This document shows, piece after piece, positions 12,548 to 27,500 of a stretch of DNA of 64,000 nt. A program made the translations under genes and the position numbers. The notes below the pieces were generated by a model that searched no databases, was not told the DNA's origin, and saw nothing but the letters and a program-made list of their open reading frames with translations. Every line of letters starts with the position of its first letter. Positions within the stretch are counted from its first letter, which is position 1. The stretch spans positions 12,834,001-12,898,000 of the forward strand of contig CM120649.1 of the NCBI GenBank assembly GCA_051362555.1, read 5' to 3'. This DNA is from Lingula anatina (Eukaryota > Animalia > Brachiopoda).

Positions 12548-15500
12548 AGTAATATAAAGTTATGAAGTGACCCTCCCCCTCTTCCATCTCATTCTATCCC
12601 AGCTATGACACTCACTTAGGTATTGTGTAGGTAAAGTTCTTCATCACATCACACTCAGAGTTGTACCCAGGTGGCCTGGAAGATAACACAACATCAAACA
12701 CGCTGATATGAGCACAAAGATCTTCTATGTTCATATATCTCAGTTAATGAGGTTAAGCTGCAGATTTCCTATGAAACATTAATTGAAGTCAATATCTGCA
12801 CTTGTACTTTTGAACTAAGATGAGTAAAAGACTTTATAATTATGTACTACATTGTATGGGTACTGAGATATTACCCCCCCCCCCCCTCCCCCATCCTTTC
12901 TTGTCTCTCACTTGGACATCTGTTTTGCCCCTATATCTTGCCCAAGCTGACAAATATTTACTCCTGGATTATTACATGTATATTTACAGACACCATTGAT
13001 ATTATAATAATAATAATATTTTTATGTAGTTAATATAAATTTATAAGTATAAATATATGTCAGAAATCTGAATACTGACAGAGCTTTTTAAAGTATTCAA
13101 ATTCTCATGTACATTCTGTTACCCTTGGATCACTATATTCACAGGCACCAGTGGCATGACGTATGGGAAATTGGCACATTTAGCATGCATGCACTGGAAT
13201 CATAGTTTGTTTTCAATAGGTTACAGATTACAAATTAAAAAAAAAAATTAAATAAAAAAATACTCACAACTTAATCCTGACATGTTTACCTGGGGGACAC
13301 CCAACACTGACGTGACCAACCTGAAATTTATTTTTAAAAATTATTTTACAAATGTTACAGTCTTCAAAGGCAGATTAAAAGAATATCTGCCCTAGCCCCC
13401 ATTTTACAAAAAAACTTTAATTAATTCATTTATTTCCAACCTAAGGAAAACATAGGTCCAAAGAATAATGTTTATAATAGCATTTATAATATCAGTGCCC
13501 CTTTGTATTTTGATTCCCCCTTTCAAAATAATAAATAAATAAATAAATAATAAATAAATAAATAAATTCGACTTATAATGTTGCTTATTGTTGGCTGCTT
13601 ATGGTGTCATGATGAGTAAATAAGTGACTTTTGCTTACTTGCAATGGATTTTTGCTGCACACCAAACTTCTCTCTGAAGCTGTCACCCTCATATTTGTAA
13701 CTCCAATCTCTTCATAACTATAAATATATTTTTTTTCAAAAACATACTAATTCTAAACAAAAAAAAAAAAAAAAACACTTTTATTAGTCACTAACAAGCA
13801 TACTAAATCTGAAACAGTTGAGCTAACATAATGGGATAGCTCCAATTATATAAAGTATTATAACTCTAGTCATTTATGAGTGTTTGCTGGGACCTGCTCA
13901 CAACCAATTTGATCCGTGGACTAAATGATTTTAATATGTTTTTCCCACTTGAAAACTTGCCACATAATCCCTCCTGTGAATTCATTAGGGGATAACACAA
14001 CAAGCTTTCAAGTGGGTAAGCCATATGTGCACAGTGGATCAATAAGACCACAGATCAACTTTGGTCCTGAAAAGACCCTTAGACCAACAAATACATACAA
14101 CCAAGACCAACAAACAAATATAAAATATCAACTCGCATGGTGTTAAGAATACCCCTCACCTTACATCACTTGAAGCCATGCATTTCTGATTCAATGAAGT
14201 AACCTAAAATAAAATAGAATAAGACGTTGAGGTAGTTGACTTATAAACCATTTAATTAAGCTCCATAATAACCTACCATAATATACCATCATTTGATTAT
14301 TCTTTAAATGACATTTTACACAACAATATTTTCAATATGTTTTTTATAAAAGTCACACACACACACACACACACGGCTATATTCTCACCAGAGTTCTTGG
14401 AGACAGTCCACTAGCTGCTGATGGAGAGTTGACGTACCTTGATACAGTTTGTAACAAATGAGGGTTGGACATACTTAACTGAAATATTATAATTCCACAA
14501 TAAATCTTTACATGTATAATTCTAATATTGCTTCACTAGCTCCAAGAAATACATGTGCGCATTTGTGCAGGGATAATTATCATATTAATAATATTTTCAA
14601 AATTATAAGTGGGATCATTTAGCCTGGAGTCAAAAAGTCAAAGATCAGTAGACTAGTCCAATAAGTGTTTTTAAGCACTAACACTTTGTAAATAAATAAA
14701 ATCACCAATAATTGGTTCTGTACTCCCGGCTGTGGTATAAGATTCACAGTTATCTGTGTCTTGGTGTTGATGTCAATATAGATGGTTTTGCCTTGAAAAT
14801 CAGCCCCTAGAGCTTGATACTGAAAAGAAAAGACCAACATTTTTAGAAAATTTGAGAAAAAAGGCACAAAATATTTGGCTGATCTGAGGATTTCTTTTAT
14901 TTCATGCAAGTTTATTACCTTATGTTGCCTGATAATCTAGGAAACTATTCTGAAGTTTTTTCAAATTACAGGCAAAATGGCGTTCAATCCCTAAGCACTG
15001 CATATATAAAGAACCTTGTTTTTGAATTAGTAGGAGAAAGTTCCCTATTTATCAAGAGTCATCCAATTAAAAAAGTGCAATTACCAATGAAAAGAAAGTG
15101 TACTTAGTATGCCCTATACACTGCGACACAATAGAATAAAAAAAAAAAAAAAAAAAAAAAAAAAACGAATCCAGTCCAGCCAACACAGGAAACAGCCATT
15201 TGCACAAAAACAGGCAGATATAGAAGCTAAACATATATACTACGTAATTAATATTGTCGATGCAACTTGGGAAGTGGCACAACTTGTTTTTCATTGGATC
15301 ATCCACTATGTTACTTGCTTATCGTTGGGTCGTCTGCCATATTGGCTAATGCCCCATCTTGGCAATATACGACAGATGACCTGTGTTCACGAATGACCAT
15401 TTCCCGTATTTATACTTGGGACTGAACTTTCATGTGTATTGCGGTGTATTCTGCATTTTAATTAGACCCATGAAAACATTTTAAATAAACAAACAAATCA

Positions 15501-18500
15501 ACAAACCTGGCACTTTGTCAAGGGAGGCTCTATAGCCCTGAGATGCTGCTGCAGGTCTATCTCCCTCTTCTTCAGCCATAATTTCCTTCTGGGGTCAGTT
15601 CTGTCGTCGTAAAATTCGATGAAATCTCCATCAGCTGAGAAAAGAAGGACAGAGGTGTCTCTCAAAGGGGTCTCCAGGTTGTAGATCTGAAACAAAGGTG
15701 ATAAATGGAAGCAGAAAATTTTTGTAAATGACATATAAAGAAATGGAATAAAACAACAATAATGTGAAATAAAGTAAAAATATACAATCCTCCCGGGGGG
15801 ATGGAAAGTGGGGGTGGAGGGGGGGCTAGAAAAACAGACAAAATATAAAAAATATAAATTTCACAGGCATTTCTCAATATTATCAATATCAAATAATTTA
15901 CTATGACTCTCTAAAACTCCACTTATCATATTTATTAGACACATTTGTAATTGTAAATGAATTCATAATGTAAAATTTGAGTTCAAATTTTGAAAGAACA
16001 GAGCATTTCACCCCATACCTCTACTGCATCAGCTCTGTGGCCTTCTCTACCATAGAACAGTCTGTTTTCTGTTGTCACGGCAGCAAACTCCCCATCAGGA
16101 CCTTCAAAAACATTGACCAAAATTGTAGAGAAGAGACTAATTTTGTTTAGTATGCATATATAGTTAAAATCATGAAAAATAACTTCAATGAATCATATAA
16201 AGCAAGTCAGATTTTCAAAACAAAACTATATTAATTTTCAGTGTGCATATTTTCATCGCCCAGTAAATATTTTCCTACAATAAAGTTTATGGCATTGACT
16301 GCTGCATATAAGCAGAATTAATCATTTATCCTTTTGCTCTTTAAACATATTTTAATAAGTTCTGAATAACGATATGAAATATACCAGTTATGATTTGTCG
16401 AAAGGTTTCCCCAGAGGAAAGAAAGCTGGTTTCGTTCCACCTAATGGTACTGTAGAGATGAACTGGTAACACAGTCTGCCCTGAAACAATAGAAGAAGGA
16501 ACACGGTAATGACTCAATCTTTTCAATGGTGAAGAATTGTGAATTTCACAGATACTGTTATTTTTTATATCATAATTTCTTAAAATAACAGCATTCCTAC
16601 CGAGTGCTTACAACAAAACTGAAAAGCAGAATACCTTATAGTTCTATTTTATGAATTAAAAGCACCACAAATGCTATAAAAAATATTTATTAGGACAAAA
16701 CCCACTGATTAATCTGCCAAAGCATTATTGTTTATTTACAGTGATAACTTAGAAAAAAAGAGACACTGTATAAGGCACATATACAGTCATAAAACAAAGC
16801 AATTTAGAGAGACAGGTGACTTCTGGATTATTGCCATCCAAATACCATCACCATTAAAAAAACAGCAAGCCTGGCTATCAATTTGATCACATCTACACAG
16901 ATCTCCATGGCGAGGATATTTTGGCTTCCAATAAGTGGGAAATCTGCCGACAGTCGGAATAATCTCATTACTGCTATTGTTCTTACCACAGCTGGGAGAG
17001 TAATACAGGTTCTTGTTGTCCCAAACCAGGAGAGCACTGAACCCAGACAGGATCTGCTGAAATGCAAGATGGTGTCCACTCTCTACGTCAAAACTGAGCG
17101 CCCTCAAAACATGGTCATAATCGACATCGTAGCTGGCAAACACAAAAGACGCCTGCAATGATAATGGGAGAAAACATGTTAAAATCGTCATTCAGTAATG
17201 ACAGATTTGAAAAAAATACCACTTTTGTTTTTTTCCTTTTTACAGAAAGGCAAATATTTCCACCAAACCATTTTTGAGGCAAAACAACAGCAACGTTTTA
17301 AAACTTTGAAAAGTTTGTTTTTATTGCATTTTTTAAAGAAAATTTTTCAGAACTTCAGGCATCCTGAAACTGTCGATCCGATCGGTCATGACCGGGAAAA
17401 TTTGTCTGGACCGGTAGAAAATTGGACTTGGTTGGTCCAAAGGACTGACAAGAGCTTTAAGAACCGCAATTTTGAATTTACAGTCATCTTTCGACATACT
17501 TCAGAAATAAAATTATATAAAACCCAAAGTGTTTTTTCCCTTCCTTTTCAAAACTATCACATTCAGAAACAAAGTAAGTTACCCTAATCGTACTGGTACT
17601 ATCTGTCTCAAGCGAATAGAGTGATTTTCAGTCCGACAAAAATCCATTCGGTCCGGCAAATTTCTCATTACTGCCAGTCCAAATGTCCGGCCATTCTGAA
17701 AAGTTTTCAGCATGTCTGGAACTTGCTGACTCATTCATATGCTAACTTAAGGCCAGACAAATAAAGACTGCACTGTTCATAGGTCAATGCAGCAAATGAA
17801 ACTACAGTCATACACAGTAAACAGTCAGCAACTGTCACAACCCCTGGGTTGAGAAATCAGTCAAAACACCATAAGAAGCAGTCAACAGTCAGTATCGCAG
17901 TCAGCATCATACAAATATTGCTTTGGGGAAAAGTGCTGAAGTTAAGTCTTTTGTTGTGACTGAGCTCTGCGTACAGCAATGTCTATACTTACTACAGTGT
18001 CATTCAGTTTTATCAGTCCCACAACTGACGAAAAAGAGTTGATGACGGTTAGCCCATACAATGGTCCCTGAAATCATTCCACAATAACATGTTCTTAAAT
18101 ATCTTTTAAAAGATACAAATCAAGCTGTTAAAAAAATTATAATGATTTTAAACAAAATATCACTTTTTGACAGCAATATTTTATTCAAAAGCAGCTAGAA
18201 TATGACATTCCAGACATAAAATCTTAGATATATTTTGGCATAATTTTTCTTGAATTATAATTCTTTATCAGTTACAATTTTATTCTACAGTTTATGCAAA
18301 TAAATAAATCAGAGCGAAAAAAAAAAGGTTCACATTCATTCACCCAGACTCAACCAGCACCTGATGCTCCCCTTCAAATCTAGTCATGTGGAAAGAACGA
18401 CCCTCATCCAGTGACCTTGCAAACTCCAGTGTTGCCGAATTAGCGTCATATCCCAGAACCACCATGTTCATCCTCTTACACCAAAGGCTGACAGCATCGC

Positions 18501-21500
18501 AACAAGGAAATGCTGCCAAATTTGTCAACGTGACCCCACTTGCTGTCACTAGTGTAGAATTTCCAAAAGTAATTATTAGATGAAAATGATTTCAGGTCAA
18601 ATGTATCTTTGTATCATATTTTTACTGTCTTCCTGTAAGTTTAATCTAAATAAGTTACTTCAAATCATCTATGTTACTGTATTTCGATAACAATTTTCAA
18701 TTTAATTAAAACCAAGTTATTTTTTAAATAATAATGATAAGAAGAATTGAAATTACCATTCAGTTCAGCTGTAGTGAAATTGTTTAACGTCCAATTGTAG
18801 ATAAATGGCCGTCCATTAATTGCCAGGAGCAGGTGGTGGGAGGTGAAGGTCGCATCTGTAACTATGGCAACAGTTTCACCAATCAAAGCTTGGTTAATAC
18901 TTAGCGGCTGTGCAGGACTGCTAAACAGATCTTGAGTCACATAAATTTTGTATCTGGAGAAATTTGAAAATGGTAATATTTACAAAACAGTTTAGTATAA
19001 AGAATAATTAAAAGGATAGCAACTGTTCATTTAGGCCAAAAAATGTATTTTCCTAAGGTAAACGACAATTTTCCCATACTTGGTTAATGAATCCATTACT
19101 ACATTCAAAGTTGTTTTTTTTTTGTAATAATCTCCTAAGAGATTATTACATCTAGTTTAGCCATCTAAGTAGGTCACATGGTCTGACGAAAAGCACAGAT
19201 TTAAGAATAATTGCTGTAACTGCAGTTTTTGTGGTAAAATAGAATATATTTCTATGAGTTGTTTACAATGTATTTATTGTGAAATACAGATAGCATGCAA
19301 AGAGTTATCACCCCTTTAGTCTTGTGTTATCAAAAAGAGTACTAGTAGGATAAATAATTTTAGGTTTCATGTTCAACATCATTTTTTTGGATATAGACAC
19401 AGACAAACAATTTTTAACTAATTTTATCTTTATGTAGCCGTATGAATGTATTTTCTTCACTCGTGTTCGTCTTTTGTTTTGTCACGTGGGCGTCATCTTA
19501 CTCTCTCATTCCCATTGGTCATCTTTCCCACCTTTCGTCGCTTATAAATATCGTCGCCGCCCTTTTTCTGTCATTCTTCTTTGCTCATTGCTCTTTATAT
19601 ATTTACAGGTACGTGGTCAATAGTTTAATTCTTTTATGAATATTATCATTATTATTATTATACTTATTATATATTAAGATTATAGCTATTAATAACATTA
19701 TTATGATGATCGCACATTCTTCTTTGCTCATTGCTCTTTATATATTTACAGATGGTATGGAATAAATAAGAACAAAGAGAAATAGACTTTGTTGTGAACC
19801 GTTGCATATGGCGCTGCGAGCAGGGTATTCTAACCAATTCACTAATGTTCAACCTTGTGTATCCACATCCTAAGAGAGCGTGAGCCAGAGCGTATCGATT
19901 GAAGTTGTTAGTTCATAACGCAAGAAACGTTAGGTCTACTCTTATATGGATGCTACCACTATAACTGATATGTGTGAGGCCATTACACCCGAATGAGTGA
20001 TGTTTTCATGCAGAACACCATGAAATCAAGCCACGCTGGCCATGATCTAGCCACTCATCATTTGTGAGGATAATATCAGTTTTTTTTTTTTTTTACACAT
20101 TTTACACAATCATCCTACGCCATCTAAGCCTACTGCCGCTATTTTATATAGTGGTCGCTGATCAGTAAATCATGTAATACAGTTGAGGATATGACGTTCA
20201 GACAACATCAAGGACCTAACTATACAATGTCTGGAAAAACAACACACAAACTGTGCGATCGGTGTGCTGTACATGTCTGTGTCTGGTGGAAATGAGTATA
20301 CGTTGTTTGAAGAGACGATTTGGTGGAAGCGAATATCATCCAGGAGTATTGGTAGCCTTTGTTTGAGACTTGTTGATTTAATAACTTTTTCATGGATTCA
20401 GAAATGAAATGTTGGATCGACATGGGACAATCCATTCGCTATGTTATGGAATTCGCACCGGAGAAGCAGTCTAGATAATTGAGGCACCAACCTTATATCC
20501 CAGGACAATATATACGTGAGTAAAAAGGCTTACAGAATCTAACATTCTAACTAGACTGTCTTAGTTCTTTGTGTGCATTGTTCACGTGTTGCGCTTGTGC
20601 TCACCCCGCTTATATGTAGCATGTATAACAAATAACAAGACAAGGTGACGTCGGTATTATGTAAAACTGAACGTTATCAGTGTTCATATATATTGCAATA
20701 CTTTTGCCAATTGTCCTGTTTGTTGATGAGTTATGTGGAATTAAACAATAACATGTATTAATAACGATCCTATCAGTCATATTTATTTGGTGTTGACATT
20801 TATGTTTGTGTGTTTGTAGATATTTTGTTTTCTATCAATTCTTCAAATTCAAACGCAATTCATTCAGTTTCCTGGCATTTGTTTATACGTTTACCTGCTT
20901 ATAGTATTACCTTTAGCCATTTGTGTTGTTGCTGTAAACTAATTTGTCTTTGTTATCTATAAGTATATTGGTTGAGAACGCATCTCTGTATTTGTCATAT
21001 AGTTGGTGTTTTAACAAAAACATTACTTCATTGCTGTGTCATAAGTTTTCTTTGTTATAGAAGTAATTTGGATACTAATTTGTCGTATAAAATCGCATAT
21101 TATAGTAACATGTTCGGGACATTTATCAATTTTGGTGTATTATTTAATAAATTCAGTCATCATATTTATTTTGATTAGGTGTACAGGTATGTAGATAATT
21201 TACTTTGAACTTGCAAATTTGTTTAGTTTTCACATTTTAGTGAAATTCCCTTGTCATAACAATTGTTTGTGGTGTTCATGTACATTAATTGAAGTGTGTG
21301 GTGTCATGTATGTTTTTGGAATGTCATAACTAACACCAAACCTTATACTTCTATATTTTTTGCATTGGGGAATAGAGACAAAGACATTAAATATTGTGCT
21401 CATTTATTTATTTAATTTTCATCTGATATCACTGAGTTATAGATTATCATTATTAATTTTTTTTCGGATTTCTATAGTATTAAAATATCTTAGTATTAAT

Positions 21501-24500
21501 ATCACTTACCTATTTTTGCAAATAACTTCATTTAATTTTTTATTAATTACAGCAAGTAAAGTGATTATAATTCTTATTGTTTCAATATAATTGGGGTTAA
21601 AGAGTTAAATATTTTCACCACGTAAAATAAGATTAGAGTCATCTGTTTTTTTTTTTTTTCTCTTCACTATTTTTCTTATTTCATTTTCCATTTTATCATT
21701 TATCTCATATAGTGCTCATATCATATCTCATATTTTCAGAAAGTCGGGTGTTACGTAATTGATTAAAATTATTTTTCACTCTTTCTCTAATTTTGATATT
21801 CAATCTATCGGTTTAAGCTTCATCATTTATCAATCTATCATTTGTCATATTTCATATTTTTCGAAGTTTGTGCTTTAAGCTATTAATTTTTTTACATTGC
21901 AATCACTGTCATAATTTTATGTTACATCTGGCCTCATCCTATTTCATTTTTCTTGCTCGAGGCATTTTGCACTCACTTGATTTACCCTTTGATATATACC
22001 ATTATTAGTATCTCAAAGATAACGTTATAATGGCTTCTCTGTGTGGAAGGACTGTGTGGTTGAAAGGGTTAAACAAGAAGTGTGCAAGGAAAGATATTGA
22101 AAGGATGTTATACAAAGAAGGTTTTGAGTATGACCACATTGCATTTCAGGGAAGATGTGCTGCTTTAGTGTTATTTAAAGAGTGCATTTCCGCGGAACAA
22201 TTCATTGACCACGCTGACGCGGGACTGTACATAAAAGGTACTAAAGTTAAGGCATCGTCTCCAGCGCCGACAGAGGAGATGTTTATGGTGAGATTATTCG
22301 GGTTTACAGGTGACGAAGAATTAACCAAAGCGCAGGAAGCTCCAAAAGCACTCGAATTTTTAGGTCGCGTACCCCTTTGCGAGGCCTTTGAGGTCAATAG
22401 AGCGTGCAACGTTTCGTCCATGCTAAATGAAAGTGGAGATTCTATTAGTAGTTGTGACCATCTTCGTGTTCAGAATCAGTCATTGGGCGGAGATGACATG
22501 TTGGAGAGAACGCATTTAACTGATGCAGAACAAAGGCAATTAGACCAATTGCTTTATGAATATAATGACATTTTTGCAAAGGGCGATACTGACATTGGTT
22601 CAACAAATTTGGTCAAACATAAAATTCGACTAACAGACCATACCCCATTCAAAGACAAGTACAGGAGGATTCCAGCAGGTATGTATGATGAAATTCGAAA
22701 TCATTTGAGGGACATGTTAGATGCTGGCGTGATAGAAGAGTCTGAAAGTCCTTGGTCGTCAAATATAGTCACGGTAAGAAAGCCAGATGGCTCTTTAAGA
22801 ATATGTGTTGACTACCGTCGATTAAATAGCAGAACTATCAAAGATGCATATGCCATGCCGCGGATAGAAGAACCATTGGATAATTTAGCTGGCTCATGTT
22901 GGTTTTCCTCACTTGATTTAAAATCGGGATATTGGCAAGTTCCCATGGAAGAAGATGATAAAGAAAAAACAGCATTTACAGTTGGAAATCTAGGTTTGTT
23001 TCAATTCACAAAAATGGCGTTCGGTTTAACAAATGCACCTGCAACGTTTCAACGTCTGATGGAAAAGTGTTTGGGTGAGTTGACTCCATGGGATTGTTGT
23101 ATATATCTTGATGACGTTATAGTTTTTTCAAAAACAGTAGAAGAACACCTGGAAAAACTTAAAAAGATATTTGAAAAATTACGAAAAGCTGGGTTGAAGT
23201 TGCATGGATCAAAATGCCGACTATTTCGAAAAAAAATAAAATTTTTAGGACACATAATATCAGAAAATGGTATTGAAGCTGATAATTCTAAATTGTCAGT
23301 TTTAGAGCAATGGCCCTTACCACAAACGTTACTTCAACTTCGTCAATTTGTGGGATTTACGGGGTACTACAGAAAATTCATAAGAGGGTATAGTATGATA
23401 GCTAAACCTTTGACAGACATGTTAAGAGGTCATGATTTAAAAAGGGACAAGAAGGGGAGGTTTGTGAAGTTGAGATGGGGGGAAAAAGAAAAAAATTCTT
23501 TTGAGCAGTTAAAAAAATGTGTGATGTCCCCACCAGTATTAGGTTATGCTGATTACTCTCTTCCATTTCAGTTACACACTGATGCCAGTAAAATTGGGCT
23601 TGGTGCAGTTCTGTATCAGAAACAGAATGATAAACTGAGACCTATAGCATTTGCCAGTAGGAGTCTTAAAAAATCGGAAACTAATTATCCAGCACACAAA
23701 CTTGAATTTTTGGCATTAAAATGGGCCGTATCGGAAAAATTTTTCGATTATTTGTATGGTCACCAGTTCCAAGTTGTCACAGATAACAATCCACTTACAT
23801 ACGTGTTGGGCAAAGCAAAGTTGGACGCTACAAGTCACAGGTGGGTTGCTGAACTAAGCAATTTTGATTTCTCAATCAAATATCAATGTGGAAGTAGAAA
23901 TGTAGATGCAGATGCCTTGTCTAGAATCCAATGGCCTGATAAAGGTGAGTGCATTAGCTCAGATAGTGTTCACGCCATTTTGGAGAGTCCTGGGCAGGAA
24001 GGTTTTATCGAAACTATTTCAATGTCACAAAAGGTAGTTGATGTGATACAGGGATATGATGTTGAGCGTTCTTTAGATTGGATTAAGGAGCAGTCAGAAG
24101 ATGAAGAGATAAAGAACGTTATTTCTTGTTTAAAAGGTGAGTTGCAGGTTTCAGACGTGACTAATGAATATAGAAAAGAGTGGAAGAATTTGATTTTAAG
24201 AAATGGTGTTTTGTACAGAGAAAGAAAGTTAGAAGGAAAGACAAGTTGGCAACTTGTATTACCGAAGCATCGGCGGAATGAAGCTATAAAGATGTGTCAT
24301 GATGATATGGCGCATGTTGGTAGAGACAGAACGATAGAGTTGATCAGAGATCGATTTTTTTGGAATAAAATGTATTCCGATGTTGCAAATTATGTGGCTA
24401 CTTGTGACAGATGTGTACAAAGAAAATCAATTTCAGATAAGGCACCTTTAGTCAGTATGAGTTCATCACAGCCAATGGAAATGTTATGTATTGACTATTT

Positions 24501-27500
24501 GACCGTAGAAGATAATAAAGGTGGTATTGCCAATGTGTTAGTTGTGACAGACCATTTTTCCAGGTATGCATTGGCATATCCTGCTAAAAATCAGACTGCG
24601 TACACTACGGCAAAGTTGTTGTATGAAAACGTGATTGTTCATTATGGTTTTCCGGCAAAAATACATAGCGATCAAGGAAGAAATTTTGAGAGTAGCACAA
24701 TTAAACATTTGTGCGAAATAGGAGGAGTGACTAAAACTAGAACCACGCCTTACCGGCCCCAGGGTAATGGTACATGTGAACGATTTAATCGAACATTGCT
24801 AAATATGATTGGTACTTTAGGTCAAGATAAAAAATCGGACTGGAAAAAGTACATTCAAAGTTTAGTTCACGCGTACAATTGTACAAAGAATGATGCAACC
24901 GGATATTCTCCGTATTTTCTAATGTTTGGTAGAAACCCTAGACTGCCTGTAGATTTGACTTTTGGTCTAGATGAACAGAGTGGGAATACAGAGCACTCAG
25001 ATTACATTAGAAAATTAAAAAGACGATTGCAATATGCTTATGAATTAGCTTTTAAGAATTCTGTAGATCTTAAAAGGAATAACAAAGAACGGTTTGATAG
25101 AATGACGAGAGGAGCTGTCGTCCAGCAAGGAGATAGAGTATTGATCAGAAACTTGGGGTTAAAAGGAAAGAATAAGTTGGCTGATAGATGGAAACCTGAA
25201 GTATATGTGGTTGTAGAACAACCAAATAAAGATATACCGGTATACAAAATTAAAGAAGAAGGAGTCAAAAGTGGAACATTGAAAGTTGTTCACAGAAATC
25301 ACTTACTTCCTTTACCTGTCGGAGGATTGAGGAAGAGTAGTGAGACAAAAGTGCAAGTTGAAGATACCTCCATTCCAAGGAGGTCTAAAAGGGAGAAGAG
25401 GATTCCAGAAAAATATCAAGGCTAACTTAAAGCTTTGATTAATTTAGTGTCATATTTTAATAAAAACTAGATCATTGTTGTATCGTGTTATTATTATTTG
25501 TGGAGTGAATGAAATGTACGGAGGCATTTCTTTGAGAAGGGGGGTGAATGTAGCCGTATGAATGTATTTTCTTCACTCGTGTTCGTCTTTTGTTTTGTCA
25601 CGTGGGCGTCATCTTACTCTCTCATTCCCATTGGTCATCTTTCCCGCCTTTCGTCGCTTATAAATATCGTCGCCGCCCTTTTTCTGTCATTCTTCTTTGC
25701 TCATTGCTCTTTATATATTTACAGGTACGTGGTCAATAGTTTAATTCTTTTATGAATATTATCATTATTATTATTATACTTATTATATATTAAGATTATA
25801 GCTATTAATAACATTATTATGATGATTGCACATTCTTCTTTGCTCGTTGCTCTTTATATATTTACAGATGGTATGGAATAAATAAGAACAAAGAGAAATA
25901 GACTTTGTTGTGAACCGTTGCATATAAATAATAATAAAAAAAAGCATTATAACAGTTGCTGCAAAATATTTTCACAACATGCACATAATCTGCCAAAATC
26001 TTATCTGCAATTAAACTTACTTTGTATTCAAGTATTTTCCTAAGCATATTCTGTCATAAATTTACATTATTTACAATACCTTATACCAAAAACTGAAACA
26101 AACACTTCACCTTGCATATAGTGCCACTTGTTTCAAGCAGTTGTGCTGCAGCAAGACTGGGTGAGTACGATTCCATAGCAGCAGCACCTATAGGAGAAAA
26201 CAAGTCTATAGTATACCATATATATACTATCAATAACACTGACATCCTCAACTAATTAATTATAACATCAATATTCATTAACTATACAGTATGAAATCAC
26301 AAGAGCTTTCAGTCATATCATATGACATATTTTAATTGCTGTATTACTTTCAATGACTCCAGCCACAACTCTCATGAAAACTTAGTTTTCTGAGTTGGTA
26401 CAATGCTACAGTAGTTATAATATATTTAGTATGAAAAGGATGTCACAACATTTCAGTCTTATTCTGATCACACGGTCTTCTTCAGGGAAACTGAATTTGG
26501 TCAATATTATCATCTACAGCCATTGGCAAAAAAACTTCTATCTATATGCTGGAAACGATATATGTTTTATAATGTGCAATAGTGCAGGGGTCGAAACAGA
26601 CGGTCGCCCACTCGCCAATGCGACTTAGAAACGTCCCGGGCGACTACCTGTCAGGGGTACTGGTCCGTTTTGGCGACCGATGGAAAGTGCCGAACATCGT
26701 TGGCAAACCCACAGTATGCGACGTTAAGCACTAGCCCGAGGCAATTGCCCACCTAAAGTGGCACCGGGCTAGTAAAAAAGTTGAAATTTTATAAAGCACT
26801 AGCTGTAATTTTGAACCTATTTTAACACTCAGTAAGATTTCAAAAATATGAGTCGCCAGTCTTCTTTGTCCCTGCCTCTAATTTGACGTTTCTAGATAGT
26901 ATGATATGCCTCTCAGTTGAAAAAACTCACACCTAGCTCAAACTACTGAATATTGATTAGTTGCTATAAATAACTTCACTGTAGTTATTAATAGTAGCAG
27001 TCTGTCTGATCAGCGTGTCGGCATCTTTTTATTTGACCAGTTTGTTGTCATGACTACAAATTGCCGTCAATCAAGAAACTGGATCAGACCAGAATTCTTT
27101 GGTACTAGCAACAGGTTTTATCAAAACAACACTGTCTCCGAAGCAAGTGTAATGTATGCGTTATCTCATAGAACATTTAGGTTAGGACCACTTAACAGAC
27201 TGAGGGGTGGAGTGTTCTATTTCCTTTTTTGTTTATATTTTTTATTTATAATTTTAATGTCCATGAGTAAACAAATACATGGCAGTTACATAAATACCCT
27301 ATGAACTATTCTTGACAATGTGGGATAGTTCGGTTTATACCATGGCTACCCCTCCACACTTTGTCCTGGTAAAGTCCTTGAAAAGTTGTTTTTACAAATA
27401 TATAACCAAAAGAATTGTTACCAAAAAAATTGTAAGACGTTTGTTTAATTACCCTTACAGCACCTATGTATTTTAAATTAGAAGTGGCATTATATACCGA

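Larger units (their letters stand above)
19433..25922 (+). mobile_element. Young Ty3/Gypsy LTR retrotransposon, antisense in a CATSPERD intron, lacking capsid and protease
   Basis: Two 374-bp TG...CA LTRs (3 differences seen), PBS, PPT, a 2.2-kb leader and one ORF with RT-RH-IN order. Flanks are TTTA/TATA (imperfect 4-bp TSD). Confidence 0.97.

Noticed and set aside
19442-19639. Hydrophobic 65-aa ORF, duplicated at 25558-25755
   Set aside because: It lies in the T-rich LTR and starts upstream of the TATA; the duplication simply reflects the two LTRs.
25425-25548. Env-like or extra ORF in the Gypsy element
   Set aside because: Only about 120 nt lie between the pol stop and the 3' LTR.
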